Part shown: in pieces, positions 32,591-44,000 of the stretch
Layout of the letters: each line of letters begins with the position of its first letter
Numbering within the stretch: position 1 is the first letter of the stretch
NCBI GenBank assembly: GCA_963841895.1
Contig: CAWJEO010000006.1
Location: 36,690 to 100,689, forward strand
DNA from: an uncultured Acidobacteriota bacterium
GTDB taxonomy: Bacteria > Acidobacteriota > Vicinamibacteria > Vicinamibacterales > UBA2999
DNA: 64,000 nt
Direction: 5' to 3'
Notes under the pieces: model-generated
What the model was told of the DNA's origin: nothing
The model's input: the letters and a program-made list of their open reading frames with translations, nothing else
Database searches by the model: none
Made by a program: the position numbers and the translations under genes

Positions 32591-33778
32591 GGGGCATGGG
32601 GGTCAGGTCGTGAATGATGAACGGCCGGCGCGGGATGCAGATCAATCATCGCCCTGAGGGTTGCAGTCTCTGCGATCGCAGTGGGGTCTGAACGTCGCAC
32701 ATCCTGCGGGCCGCAGCCGGCCGATCCTCGAAAACTCCAGACGATTTCACGATCACGTCGATGGCGCGGCGTGTGCGATCGGCCCTGCATGGCCAGACGT
32801 CCCCGCTTGCAGTTTCCCGGAGCCGTGTATCACGTGATGTCGCGCGGCAACCGGAAATCCGCCATCTTCACCACAGACGACGACCGTCGACGTTTCATGA
32901 ACGTCCTTGGCGAGGTCGCCCAGACCTACCACGTCCGGGTGTATGCCGCCTTGCTGATGGACACCCACTATCACCTTATCTTGGATACGCCGCGCGGGAA
33001 TCTCTCCGCGATGATGCGGCAGTTGAACGGGGTTTACGCCCAGGACAATAATCGATGTTACGCGCTCACCGGCCACACGTTCGAGGCACGCTTCCACTCC
33101 ATCGTCGTGCAGCGGGAGCGCTACCTCCGGATGGTTGCGCGCTACGTCGTCCTGAACCCGGTCAAGGCGCAGCTTTGCGCCGACGCCGCTTCTTGGCCTT
33201 GGACGACCTTCCGCGCGACGGCCGGCCTCGAACCCAGCCCACCGTGGCTCGACACGGATTGGATCGTGTGGGCGTTCAGAGCGACATCACTTTGCGAAGC
33301 GCAGGAACGGTTTCGCGACTATGTGAATCGGCAACGTCGCTGGCCACGCGGCGGACTATGAGACCCGGGACATCATTGGCACGGAGCGCTTCCGAGCGGG
33401 CGGTGATCGCCTTTCAACTCAGAGCAGGACCGGCCGCTGCCTCGACAGTGCGAGGCGGCGGTTCGGCCGCGGCTCGACAGCGTCCTCGGCGAGGTCACGG
33501 CCGATAATGGCGACCGAAACCAAGCCATCCGCGTTGCGTACGAGGTCCACGGCTACCGTCTGACTGAGATCGCAGCGCATCTCGGTCTGCACGCCACGAC
33601 AGCCAGCAAGGCCTTGCGGCGTGCCCGACGGGATCTCGCCAGGTGACCTCCGTTCACGATTCAGACCTGACCCCTACTCCCCACCCCTATGCCCATTCAC
33701 GATTCATGACCTGACCCCTACTCCCCACCCCTATGCCCATTCACGATTCATGACCTGACCCCTACCCCCCACCCCTAT
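32591..33778 (+). mobile_element. RAYT-like Y1 transposase element bracketed by inverted REP-like repeats
   Basis: Forward repeat at 32591-32622 and three reverse copies at 33652-33778 enclose the transposase. Confidence 0.8.
32789..33646 (+). CDS. Y1 HUH transposase (REP-associated type) with C-terminal HTH
   Basis: YHVMSRGN, MDTHYHL (HUH), GHTFEARF, YVVLNPVKA; tail YRLTEIAAHLGLHATTASK; frameshift after ~33330. Confidence 0.88.
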
Positions 33779-34749
33779 TACGGCCGCGCGTCCGGCTGGC
33801 GGTCCCACCGGTGCACTCGAAGACTCGCGACCGTCTCAGCATCGAGCGCCGGCGCGTCGCTCGACGCGAGGTTGGCCTCCACATGCGCCAGCGTCCGCAT
33901 CCCAGGAATCACCGTCGTCACCGCAGGATGCGAGATGATGAACCGCAGCGCGAGATCGGGGAGCGTCGTCGCAGCCCGCGCCGCCGTCTGCCTCACCGCA
34001 TCGACCCGCGGCAGCGTCTCCGCCAGCTTGTCCGGCGCGAAGTAGATATTGCGGAAGTCGCCGTCGGGCCACCGCGACGCTGACGTCAGCGTGCCGGTCA
34101 GGCTGCCTTCGTCGAACGGCACGCGCGCGATGACCGCGATGCCCTCGCGCTGGCACACCGGGAACAGCACGTCCTCGGGCGCCTGGTCGAACACGTTGTA
34201 GACCACCTGCACGAAGTCGACGAGGCCGGTGTCGATCGCGCGGAGCACGTTCTCGGGCTCCCAGCGGTTCACGCTGATGCCGAAGGCGCGAATCAGCCCG
34301 CGCGACTTCAGATCCCGCGCCGCACGCCGCCAGCCGTCGTCGGGCGCCCAGGCGTCGTCCCACACGTGCAACTGCTGCAGATCCATCGCCTCCATCCCGA
34401 GCGATCGCAGGCTGGTCTCCGTCGATTCGATGATGTGGTCGTATGGAAACGTTTCGGCGACCGGCGTGGTGCCGCGCCCAGGCCACTTCCAGTTCTTTGG
34501 CGGAACCTTGGTGGCGACATAGAGACGATGGCCGGGATGGCGTCGGACGAGCGCGCCGAGGAGGCGTTCGCTGTGCCCGTTGCCGTAGGCGAGCGCGGTG
34601 TCGAAGAAGTTGCACCCGAGCTCGACGGCGCGATCAAGTGCCGCGCCAGACTCGTCGTCATTCGATCCGGTCCAGCCGCCCATGCCCCATAGACCGTGGC
34701 CGATTTCTGACAGCGACCACCCGAGACGCGCGACAGTGCGATAACGCAT
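33778..34749 (-). CDS. Aldo/keto reductase
   Basis: FDTALAYGNGHSE, VATKV, DLQQLH, VIPGMR. Confidence 0.92.
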   Translation of the reverse strand: MRYRTVARLGWSLSEIGHGLWGMGGWTGSNDDESGAALDRAVELGCNFFDTALAYGNGHSERLLGALVRRHPGHRLYVATKVPPKNWKWPGRGTTPVAETFPYDHIIESTETSLRSLGMEAMDLQQLHVWDDAWAPDDGWRRAARDLKSRGLIRAFGISVNRWEPENVLRAIDTGLVDFVQVVYNVFDQAPEDVLFPVCQREGIAVIARVPFDEGSLTGTLTSASRWPDGDFRNIYFAPDKLAETLPRVDAVRQTAARAATTLPDLALRFIISHPAVTTVIPGMRTLAHVEANLASSDAPALDAETVASLRVHRWDRQPDARP

Positions 34750-34849
34750 GACTCATGGTAGTTGCAGGGGCCAGAGATCAGGGCCGGGAGATCACGCGAT
34801 CAGGAGATCCGAGGATAGCGGATAATGCGCGGCAATCGGGAGGCGCGAG

Positions 34850-37800
34850 GTGGAAACGACCCGGCGGCAGTTCCTGAAGGCGACCGCAATCGGCGGAACG
34901 GCGACGGCGTCGGTTCTGGGCTTCGATTTACAGCCGGCGCTGGCGCAGGTGCGCGAGCTGAAGATCGCACGGACGACGGAAACGCGGTCCACGTGTCCGT
35001 ACTGCTCGGTGAGCTGTGGCGTGATTCTCCATACGCTCGGCGACCGATCGCGCAACGTCAAGCCGACAGTCGTTCACGTCGAAGGCGATCCGGATCATCC
35101 GATCAATCAGGGCACGCTCTGTCCAAAGGGCATCACGCTCAAGCAGAACATCGTCAACGATCGGCGCCTGACGAAGGTGCTCTATCGCGCTCCGGGCACG
35201 CGCGCGTGGGAAGAGAAGTCGTGGGACTGGGCGATCGATCGCATCGCCCGCCTCGTCAAGCAGGTCCGTGACGAGAAGCTGGTCGAACGCGACGAGCGCG
35301 GCCGCGCCATCAACGCGCTGACCGCACTGGGCGTGATCGGCGGCTGCACCGACACCAACGAGATCAATTACCTCCTCGGCAAGGCGTTCCGCGCCGGCCT
35401 CGGCGTGCTGCCGCTGGAGCAGCAGTCGCGTATTTGACACGGCCCCACGGTGGCCAGTCTGGCCACCACGTTCGGACGGGGAGCGATGACGAATGGCTGG
35501 ACCGACATCCGCAACGCGGATGTGATTCTGGCCATGGGCGGCAACCCTGCCGAGAACCATCCGGTCGGGTTCCGCTTCGTCATGGAGGCGCGGCGGAATC
35601 GCAACGCGAAGCTCGTGTCGGTGGATCCGCGCTTCAACCGCACGTCGGCAGTCTCGGATTCGTTTACGCAGATCCGCGTCGGCACCGACATCGCGTTCCT
35701 CGGCGGCCTGATTCACTACGCGCTCTCGAAGAATCGCTATCACGAGGACTACGTGCGGGCGTTCACCAACGCGCCGTTCCTGCTGAAGGACACCTATTCG
35801 TTCGATGCCGAGAAAGGCCTCTTCTCGGGATGGGACGCCGAGCGCAAGGCCTACACCGACGTGTCGAGCTGGGCCTACGAGCTCGACGAGCGAGGGTTTG
35901 CGAAGACCGATCCGTCGATGACCCATGCGCGATCGGTGTTCCAGGCGATGAAGGTGTTCTACGCGCGCTACACGCCGGAGATGGTGTCGACGATCTGCGG
36001 TTGCACGCCTGACGCCTTCAACGCCGCCGCGGACCTCATCACCTCGACCTACACCGCCGATCGCGCCGGGACGATCATGTATGCGCTCGGGTGGACGCAC
36101 CACAGCCACTCGGTGCAGTTGATCCACGCCGCGGCGATGCTGCAGCTGCTCCTCGGCAACATCGGCCGGCCCGGCGGCGGCATCAACGCGCTGCGCGGCC
36201 ACGCCAACATCCAGGGCGGCACCGACAACGGCATGGCGTACCACAACCTGCCCGGGTATATCCCGATCCCCAAGGCGGATCACGAAACGATCGAGCAGTT
36301 CCTCGGCGCGGTGACGCCGAAGCCGCTGAGCGCAGCGTCCACGAACTTCTGGGCCAACACCGATCGCTTCTTCGTCAGCCAGCTGAAGGCGTTCTACGGC
36401 ACGCATGCGACGCGCGACAACGGCTTCGCGTATCACCTGCACCCGCGGCTGCCGCAGGCGGCGACGGGCGGCTACGAGAACTGGAGCTGGGCCTACATCT
36501 TCGATCGGATGTACCGCGGCGACATGGACGGGTTCTTCAGCTTCGGCATGAACCCGGTGAGCAACGGCCCGCATTCACGGAAGGCGATCGCCGCCCTCTC
36601 GAAACTGAAATGGCTGGTCGTGGCCGAGAACTTCGAGCAGGAGACGGCGACGTTCTGGCGCGACGACATCCAGGCGCTCGTCGACAAGAAATCCGAAGAC
36701 GTCGCGACCGAAGTGTTCCTGCTGCCAGCGGCGAACTTCGCTGAGAAGGACGGCTCGTTCGTCAACTCGGCGCGCTGGATTCAGTGGAAGTGGAAGGCGG
36801 TCGAGCCGCCGGGGCAGGCCAAGCCCGATCAGGAGATCATCGCCCGCATCTTTCTGAAGGTTCGTGAGCTGTACGAACGCGAGGGCGGCCGCCATCCCGA
36901 GCCGGTTCGCGCGCTCAACTGGTGGTACTCGAATCCCACCAGCCCGTCGCTCGACGAGGTCGCGAAAGAGATCAACGGCTGGGCAATCGCCGAGGTCCGC
37001 GACGACAAGGCCGGCACTGTCGCGCTGCGCAACGGTCAGCAGCTCGCCCGCGCCCTCGATGCCCGCGCTGATGGGACGACGCTCTCCGGCAACTGGCTCT
37101 ACATCGGGATGTATACGGACGCCGGCAATCTCACGCAGCGCCGATCGACCGCCGATCCAAGCGGGCTCGGCCGCTTTCCCGAGTGGTCGTTCAGCTGGCC
37201 GGCGAATCGCCGCATCCTCTACAACCGCTGTTCAGCGGACGCCGACGGCAAGCCGTGGGACCCGTCGCGGCCGGCGCTGTCGTGGTCGGGGGAACGGTGG
37301 ATCGGCGACGTGCCGGACATCACCGCTGACAGCGCGCCCGGCGCCGGACTCGGCGCCTTCATGATGCTGCCCGAAGGCGTGGCCCGCCTCTTCGTTCCGG
37401 GACAGTTTGTCGAAGGGCCGTGGTCCGAGCATTACGAGCCGGTGGAATCGCCGGTGGCGAACCCGCTGCATCCGTCGCAGAGTTCGAATCCAGCGGTCAA
37501 GCCGTTCACGACCGAGTTCGATACGCTCGGCAACGCCGACGAGTATCCGATCGTCTGCACGACCTACCGTCTCACCGAGCACTTCCACTACTGGACGAAG
37601 AACAATCCGTACAACGTGCAGCTCGCGCCCGAGTTCTTCGTCGAGATTCCGGTGGAGCTGGCCGCAGAGAAGGGCATTGCGAATGGCGACCGGGTACGCG
37701 TGTCATCGGCGCGCGGCTCAATCGAAGGCCGCGCCATGGTCACCAAGCGGATCAAGCCGATGCAGATCGCCGGCAAGACGACGTACCAGATCGGCTTCCC

Positions 37801-37933
37801 GATCCACTGGGGATTCCTCGGCCGCGGCGAGCAACGCGGGTCGCTCGCCAACCTCGTCACCCCGACCGTCGTCGATCCGAATTCGTTCGCGCCGGAGTAC
37901 AAGGGGTTTCTGGTGAAGCTGGAGAAGGTATGA
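34850..37933 (+). CDS. fdnG: Formate dehydrogenase-N alpha subunit, Tat-exported selenoprotein (Sec at TGA 35435-35437)
   Basis: TRRQFLK Tat signal, CPYCSVSC, LCPKG, SRI-U-HGPTVASL, ALRGHANIQG; the two ORFs are in frame across TGA. Confidence 0.95.
35449..35467 (+). promoter_or_regulatory. Bacterial SECIS hairpin
   Basis: GGTGGCCA-GTC-TGGCCACC starting 11 nt after the in-frame UGA. Confidence 0.85.
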
Positions 37934-38160
37934 ACAGCAAGAGCCAGCCACGAAGGCACGAAGACACGAAGACGAAACGGGAGATTCAATCGGAGACACT
38001 CGATGTGTGATCCAACAACGACAACTGCTGCGTGCTGGTTCGGCTCGAGCCTGTTGTCGTTGCTTGCATTCGGGTTCGTATCACTGGTGAGCTTCGTTTG
38101 GTCTTTCTCATGTCCGCCAGTCACCTGGCGCTGATCATCCACCACCGCCGCGAAGAGTAA

Positions 38161-39009
38161 ATGGCGCCGAGTCTCGACATCCACCGTATCTCCGCGACGA
38201 CGCCGCCGGCGCCGGGGTTACGGGTGCAGCCGACGGTGACGAAGCTGGTGGATACGTCCACCTGCATCGGCTGCAAGGCGTGCGAGGTCGCGTGCCAGGA
38301 ATGGAACGATCTCCCGCCCGAGACGACGGTCCAGATGGGGACGTATCAGACGCTGCCGGACATGACCGCCAACGTCTGGAATCTGATCCGGTTCAGCGAG
38401 CACGAGACGGATCGCCTGCACTGGCTGATGCGCAAGGACCAGTGCATGCACTGCGTGGAGCCCGGGTGCCTCATCGCCTGCCCCGCGCCGGGGGCGATCG
38501 TCCAATATGCGAACGGCATCGTCGATTTCCAGCAGGACCAGTGCATCGGCTGCGGCTACTGCCTGACCGGATGCCCGTTCAACGTGCCGAAGTTCGCGGC
38601 GAACACCCGCCGCGTCTACAAGTGCACGATGTGCGTCGATCGGGTCGCGGTCGGCCTGCAGCCGGCGTGCGTGAAGGCATGTCCGACGAGTTGCCTGCAG
38701 TTCGGGACCAAAGACGAGATGCTTCAGGCCGCCGGCCAACGCGTCGATCAACTGCGGGCCAACGGCTTTCCGCAAGCGGCCGTGTACGATCCGCCGGGTG
38801 TGGGCGGCACCGCGGTCGTCACGGTGCTCGCGTTCGGCGATCGTCCGGAGCTGTACGGACTGCCAGCCAATCCCGTCGTTCCCGCAGCGGTGCGGATCTG
38901 GAAGGGCCCGCTGAAGTGGGTCGGCAACCTCGCCATCCTCGGTGGCGTATTTGCCGCCGCGATTCATTACATCCGCTTCGGCCGGAAGAACGGTGAGGGG
39001 CGAGCGTGA
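38161..39009 (+). CDS. fdnH: Formate dehydrogenase beta (Fe-S) subunit
   Basis: CIGCKACEVAC, CMHC..PGC, CIGCGYC..GCP, KCTMC; C-terminal TM. Confidence 0.95.
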   Translation: MAPSLDIHRISATTPPAPGLRVQPTVTKLVDTSTCIGCKACEVACQEWNDLPPETTVQMGTYQTLPDMTANVWNLIRFSEHETDRLHWLMRKDQCMHCVEPGCLIACPAPGAIVQYANGIVDFQQDQCIGCGYCLTGCPFNVPKFAANTRRVYKCTMCVDRVAVGLQPACVKACPTSCLQFGTKDEMLQAAGQRVDQLRANGFPQAAVYDPPGVGGTAVVTVLAFGDRPELYGLPANPVVPAAVRIWKGPLKWVGNLAILGGVFAAAIHYIRFGRKNGEGRA

Positions 39010-39673
39010 GCCGATCCACCGTCGGCCGGGTCGTTCGTTACCGGTTCGCGCGAGCGTTTGATGCACGGCGTCGACCGCGCTCTCGTACGTCTATCTGCTG
39101 CTCTCCGGTCTCGCGTTCTGGACGCCGGCGCTCTTCTGGATCGCGATCGTGCTCGGCGGCGGATACCTGACGCGACTCCTGCATCCGTGGGTCGGACTCG
39201 TCTTCGCCATGGCCGTCGCGTGGATGTTCGTCACCTGGCGCGCCGACATGCGAACGGTGGATGCGGATCGAGAGTGGCGGCGCGCGATCCGCCACTACAT
39301 CCGCAATGAGGACGGCCAGGTGCCCGCGGCTGGCCGCTTCAACTACGGCCAGAAGACGATGTTCTGGGTGATGGTGTGGGCGGCCCTCGCGCTGCTGATC
39401 TCAGGCGCGGTGCTCTGGTGGCCCGAAGCCTTTGCCGCGGCGTCGCTCAACGCCGTGCGTCAGGCGGCGATTCTCGTCCACGCGATCGCCGCGCTCGTCA
39501 CGATCGGCGCGTTCATCGTCCATCTCTACCTGGGCCTTGCCGTCGTGCCGGGCGGACTCAGCGCGATCCTGCATGGCGACGTCAGCGAAGAATGGGCCCG
39601 CGAGCATCACGCGCGCTGGGCCGACGAGTTGTCGTCGCGTGCGTCGGCCGGGTCGCGTGGTCGCGAACGCTGA
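39006..39673 (+). CDS. fdnI: Formate dehydrogenase gamma (cytochrome b556) subunit, frameshifted
   Basis: LHPWVGL, GRFNYGQK, HLYLG, WAREHHARW. Confidence 0.9.
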
Positions 39674-40466
39674 CGGCCGCGGCGCCGCGCGCCAGGCGCG
39701 GGCGCTTCACCTTGCCGCCGCCACGCCGGCCGCCGCCGATCTCCTGACTTTCTACGCGGCGCTCGCCGGCTGGCACACGTCGCTGACCGCGGCAGACACG
39801 GCGCGCGACACTGGCGGCTCGACCCTCGCCGCGGCCGTCGATCGCGCAGCGGTCGTGGCCGCGATTCCAGCGCTGATCGAGTGGCTGCCCGGCCATGCGC
39901 CGGCCGAACTCGCGGCCGCCGCAGTGTCACTGCAGCAGATGTCGCTTTCGGCATGGCGGCAGCGTCTCGACGCCTTCGTCGACCGCGGCGATGACGGTCG
40001 CGATCCTGATCCGCACGTCGCGTTCGTGATCGAAGCCGCGCTGTTGCCGTTTGCCGAGCGGGCCGCGTCACGTGCCAACCTCCCGGCCCTCGACCGTCCC
40101 GCCGCAACCAGCGAGTGCCCGTTTTGCGGCCGACGGCCGGCGCTGGCGTCGCTGCGCGAGGCCGGCCATGGCGCGAAGCGCAGCTTGATCTGCGGCGTGT
40201 GCGCGTCCGAATGGCGGGCGCCAAGAATCGGCTGCGCCGGCTGCGGCGAAAGCCACGTCGAGAAACTGCCGGTATTCAGCGCCGAGGGAGTGAGCGCGGT
40301 GCGGGTCGAGGCGTGCGACACGTGCCGCGCCTATCTCAAGTCGATCGACTTCACCCGCGACGGCCACGCCGTGCCGATCGTTGACGACCTGGCGACGCTG
40401 CCGCTCGACCTCTGGGCGCGCGAGCAGGGCTATCGTCGTCTGCGGCCGCACTTGTTGGGCGTGTGA
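39657..40466 (+). CDS. fdhE: Formate dehydrogenase maturation protein
   Basis: CPFCG, CGVC..EW, CAGCGE, CDTC..YLK, DDLATLPLD. Confidence 0.9.
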   Translation: MVANADGRGAARQARALHLAAATPAAADLLTFYAALAGWHTSLTAADTARDTGGSTLAAAVDRAAVVAAIPALIEWLPGHAPAELAAAAVSLQQMSLSAWRQRLDAFVDRGDDGRDPDPHVAFVIEAALLPFAERAASRANLPALDRPAATSECPFCGRRPALASLREAGHGAKRSLICGVCASEWRAPRIGCAGCGESHVEKLPVFSAEGVSAVRVEACDTCRAYLKSIDFTRDGHAVPIVDDLATLPLDLWAREQGYRRLRPHLLGV

Positions 40467-40640
40467 GGGCCAGCGCGACGACGCCGAGCACTTGGCCGGT
40501 CAGCTACTCCCGTGGCCGGCCAGCCCGCACGGCATCTTGGTGAATGATTGCCGCTGGCTCAGCCGGGCGTTAGACTGACCGGCGTCGTGGTGCCGAGCTC
40601 CCTGAGTTTGAGGCACGTAGCAGCGCATTGGGAGTGCCGA

Positions 40641-41876
40641 ATGGATCGACGCGAGTTCTTGACAACCGCGGGAACCAGCAGCGCTGCTGCCGTATTTGCA
40701 AGTTCCACGTCCGCGAACCAGAGCACCTTCTCATCGACCAATGATCGAGAGATCTGGATCAGCACCTTGCGGCGACTCGCTGACCCGGTCCTGACGAATC
40801 TGGCCAATGCCAGCCTGAAGGCGCGAATGCCCGTGGAGCAAGCGCCCGGTGCGAACCGCCGGTCGGTCACCCACTTGGAGGCACTAGGGCGGCTCGTGGC
40901 AGGAATAGCCCCCTGGATCGAACTGCCCGCCGATAGCACGACTGAAGGGCAGCTTCGCGCTCGCTATGCGGAGCTCACACGGCGTGCGATTCGCCAGGCC
41001 GTCGATCCCGCCTCACCAGACTTTCTTAATTTCACCAGTGATCGTCAGCCGTTAGTGGACGCCGCGTTTCTCGCGCAGGGCTTGCTGCGAGCGCGGCAGG
41101 CACTGCGTGAGTCGTTGGATGCGACGGTGAAGCGGAACCTCGTTGCGGCCCTCGAGTCCACGCGAACAATTACCCCCGTCTTCAACAACTGGCTGCTGTT
41201 CTCGGCGACGATCGAAGCCGCGCTGGCGAGCCTCGGCGTCAGGTGGGACCGTATGCGCGTCGATTATGCGCTTCGCCAGCATGAGCAGTGGTACCGCGGA
41301 GACGGAGCATACAGCGACGGACCCGACTTTCATTTCGATTACTACAACAGCTTCGTCATCCACCCGATGCTGCTCGATGTCCTGGATGTCTGTCGCGATG
41401 AGATGCCAGCCTGGAAAGAGATCGCTGCACGAGTCGAGCTCCGCGCGAGGCGGTACGCCGCGGTGTTGGAGCGATCGATCGCACCGGATGGGTCGTTTCC
41501 ACCGATCGGGCGTTCGCTGGCATACCGTTTCGGCGCATTTCATTTGCTGGCTCAGATGGCGCTTCGACGCTCGCTTCCGGAGAGCGTCTCACCCGCACAA
41601 GCGCGAGGTGCACTCACCGCCACTATCCGTCGGTCGATTGAGGCCGCGGGAACCTTCGACGCGGATGGCTGGCTTCGCATTGGCTTCTGCGGCCATCAGC
41701 CAGGGATGGGCGAGCCGTACATCTCGACCGGGAGTCTCTATCTTTGCTCAGTGGGACTATTGCCGTTGGGTCTTTCGCCGACCGACGAATTCTGGTCAGC
41801 GTCGCCACAGCCGTGGACATCCGTGCGCGCATGGTCAGGGCAGGCGTTCTCAATCGACAAGGCCCTGGCTCCATAA
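40641..41876 (+). CDS. DUF2264 family Tat-exported protein
   Basis: MDRREFL; HLEALGR, NNWLLF, YSDGPDFHFDYYNS, GRSLAYRF, YISTGSLY. Confidence 0.85.
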   Translation: MDRREFLTTAGTSSAAAVFASSTSANQSTFSSTNDREIWISTLRRLADPVLTNLANASLKARMPVEQAPGANRRSVTHLEALGRLVAGIAPWIELPADSTTEGQLRARYAELTRRAIRQAVDPASPDFLNFTSDRQPLVDAAFLAQGLLRARQALRESLDATVKRNLVAALESTRTITPVFNNWLLFSATIEAALASLGVRWDRMRVDYALRQHEQWYRGDGAYSDGPDFHFDYYNSFVIHPMLLDVLDVCRDEMPAWKEIAARVELRARRYAAVLERSIAPDGSFPPIGRSLAYRFGAFHLLAQMALRRSLPESVSPAQARGALTATIRRSIEAAGTFDADGWLRIGFCGHQPGMGEPYISTGSLYLCSVGLLPLGLSPTDEFWSASPQPWTSVRAWSGQAFSIDKALAP

Positions 41877-41891
41877 CAGAAGGAGAAATGA

Positions 41892-42290
41892 ATGAGCGAG
41901 AGCGATGTCAGAGCGATCAATCAGCTCCGCGAACGGACGATGCAGGCCGAGAATGCGGGGGATGCCGCATTCTTCGAAGGTGTCTCGGCTGAGGACATGG
42001 TGGTCATGCCTCCTGGCATGCCTGCAGTTTCGGGTCGGTCCGCCACCGTAGCGTTCATGAGTGCGTTCCTCGGTCAGTTCGACCTTCGGATTCAATATGT
42101 CAGTGAGGAAATCCGGGTTCACGGAGATTTCGGCTTTGATCGTGGCACGTACTCCCAGACGCTCACACCGAAGGGTGGGGGCCAGGGGAGTCGTGAGTCT
42201 GGGAAGTATGTCTGGATCTATTCGCGGCGGTCTGACGGAGGGTGGGAGTTCTCACGCGTCATCTGGAATGCCAGCGAATCCCCGTCCTGA
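41892..42290 (+). CDS. NTF2/SnoaL-like (DUF4440/YybH) protein
   Basis: DMVVMPPG.PAVSGR, GKYVWIYSRRSDGGW. Confidence 0.8.
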   Translation: MSESDVRAINQLRERTMQAENAGDAAFFEGVSAEDMVVMPPGMPAVSGRSATVAFMSAFLGQFDLRIQYVSEEIRVHGDFGFDRGTYSQTLTPKGGGQGSRESGKYVWIYSRRSDGGWEFSRVIWNASESPS

Positions 42291-42309
42291 CGCTGATACC
42301 GATGATGAC

Positions 42310-42382
42310 GCCTAACACCCGTCGCACGAGACGGCCGCCCGCGCGACTCTGAGCGGCCGCTGGTGAACGCTGTTCGTTAGCC
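42310..42382 (+). mobile_element. Integron attC site
   Basis: GCCTAAC ... internal cggccgc/gcggccg stem ... GTTAGCC; 73 bp, just downstream of a cassette-sized gene. Confidence 0.75.
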
Positions 42383-42446
42383 GGACAGACGCCCTCGACG
42401 ACTGTGGGAGTCACTGGTAGAGGGAGATTCGCACTGGAGGCAACCG

Positions 42447-43361
42447 GTGAAACGGAGTACCGCACTGCTCATGTCGCTGTGCACGTGGACGCTGTTCACG
42501 TCGACGGCTGCTGCCCAGACCCGAGGCCCCCTCGATCTCGCGAACGCACAAGTTCCGCCTGGTGCACGGCGGATCGCATACGGAACGGATCCGCTTCAGT
42601 TCGGCGAGTTGCGAGTGCCGTCGACGAAGGGTCCGCATCCAGTTGCGATCGTCGTTCATGGAGGATGTTGGCTCGCGAAGCTTGGAAACATGGATGAGCG
42701 TGCCGTGGCTGTCGACAACATGCGCCCTGTCGCGGCCGCGTTGACCGAGGCTGGCATCGCCACGTGGAACGTCGAATACCGGCGTCTCGGCAACGCTGGC
42801 GGCGGCTGGCCGGGCACCTTTCAGGACGTCGCGCATGCGGCTGACTTCCTCAGGACCTTGGCGAAAGGCAACGACCTGGATCTCACCCGGGTCGTTGCGA
42901 TCGGGCATTCGGCCGGTGGCCACCTCGTGATGTGGCTGGCGGCCAGGCCGAAGCTTCCGAAGACCAGCGATCTGTACATGAGCAATCCGCTGCCTCTACA
43001 CGGTGTCGTTGATTTGGACGGCCCGACCGATCTGAAAGCGACGATTTCGGTGCAGCAGCCGATCTGCGGGAGTCCCGTGATTACGAACTTGCTTGGAGGA
43101 TCACCGGACGAGCAGCCAGAGCGGTATCGCGCCGCATCGCCGATCGAGCTCCTGCCGCTCGGCGTGCGTCAGGAATTCCTTGCGGGTCGAATGTTTGCGG
43201 CGCAAGTGACGCCGTACGAAACAGCCGCCAAGCAAGCTGGCGACGTGCTGCACACGACCGTGCTCGCCAACGCCGGCCACTTCCTGTTCATCGATCCGCA
43301 ATCGGAGGTCTGGCCGCAAGTGATTGCGGCGGTCCGGCGCCTCTTGCCGAAATCCAACTAG
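42447..43361 (+). CDS. Secreted alpha/beta hydrolase (HSL/esterase-like)
   Basis: HGGCW, NVEYRR, GHSAGG, AGHF. Confidence 0.88.
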   Translation: MKRSTALLMSLCTWTLFTSTAAAQTRGPLDLANAQVPPGARRIAYGTDPLQFGELRVPSTKGPHPVAIVVHGGCWLAKLGNMDERAVAVDNMRPVAAALTEAGIATWNVEYRRLGNAGGGWPGTFQDVAHAADFLRTLAKGNDLDLTRVVAIGHSAGGHLVMWLAARPKLPKTSDLYMSNPLPLHGVVDLDGPTDLKATISVQQPICGSPVITNLLGGSPDEQPERYRAASPIELLPLGVRQEFLAGRMFAAQVTPYETAAKQAGDVLHTTVLANAGHFLFIDPQSEVWPQVIAAVRRLLPKSN

Positions 43362-43546
43362 TGGTTGAACCGTGGACTTTCGCGACTGACCACAGCTTGC
43401 GGTGCGGACATCACGAGAGACTTCATGCTCACATCGATCGGCTCGTGCAGTGGAAGATGCGCTCGGCGCGTGTCACGCGCACGATCGCGGACGGCAGTGA
43501 GCGCCGGCTCCTCACTGGCCGGTCGGTAGGCCGACAAGTGCGTGAA

Positions 43547-43870
43547 ATGGATCTACCGCTGGAGCATCTTGCGATTCGACTGATGGCGTCTGGCGACGAA
43601 TCGCTACTGTTAACAGAGCGCGTCGGTTGGGAGTCATTTCCGCCATACGCGGAGGCTATCCTGCAGCTCTTAGGAGGAACGGTCGTCAGCCGCGCCGACG
43701 GACCCGATCAGCGTGTCTGGACGGTGAGAATTGGCGCACAGTTGTTTTGGCTGGCATACGAGGATTCGCCAATTGAGGTGTCCCTCGACCCCCAAAACAG
43801 CGACGCGTCGGCGTTGGTACAGGCCATTCGTCGGAAGCTCATCGACCACCGCGAAATGGCCAGAGGCTAG
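43547..43870 (+). CDS. Small hypothetical protein (DUF3630-like)
   Basis: WESFPPYAE..LGGTVVSRADGPDQRVW. Confidence 0.5.
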   Translation: MDLPLEHLAIRLMASGDESLLLTERVGWESFPPYAEAILQLLGGTVVSRADGPDQRVWTVRIGAQLFWLAYEDSPIEVSLDPQNSDASALVQAIRRKLIDHREMARG

Positions 43871-44000
43871 GAGTGTGACTGCGCGCGGTGCGCGCGTCCT
43901 GGTTGTGACGTCTGGAAATCAGCGGGCGGATGCCCACGCATTCTATGAAGGGAATGGTTACAAATTCACCGGCCGCCGATACAAGAAGACCGTGCGCGCC
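43871..44000 (+). pseudogene. C-terminal fragment of a GNAT acetyltransferase
   Basis: RGARVLVVTSGNQRADAHAFYEGNGY with no N-terminal half. Confidence 0.6.

Noticed and set aside
33652-33778. Tandem ~43-bp repeats as a CRISPR array
   Set aside because: Head-to-tail copies with no unique spacers, no cas genes, and the same family as the dispersed REP-like repeats
35435-35437. Premature stop making fdnG a pseudogene
   Set aside because: It lies at the Sec position and has a SECIS hairpin
34928-36574. 548-aa minus-strand ORF
   Set aside because: Shadow of fdnG
41871-41891. attC after the DUF2264 gene (CCATAAC)
   Set aside because: Poor match to RYYYAAC and no palindrome or GTT partner; at most a deleted remnant
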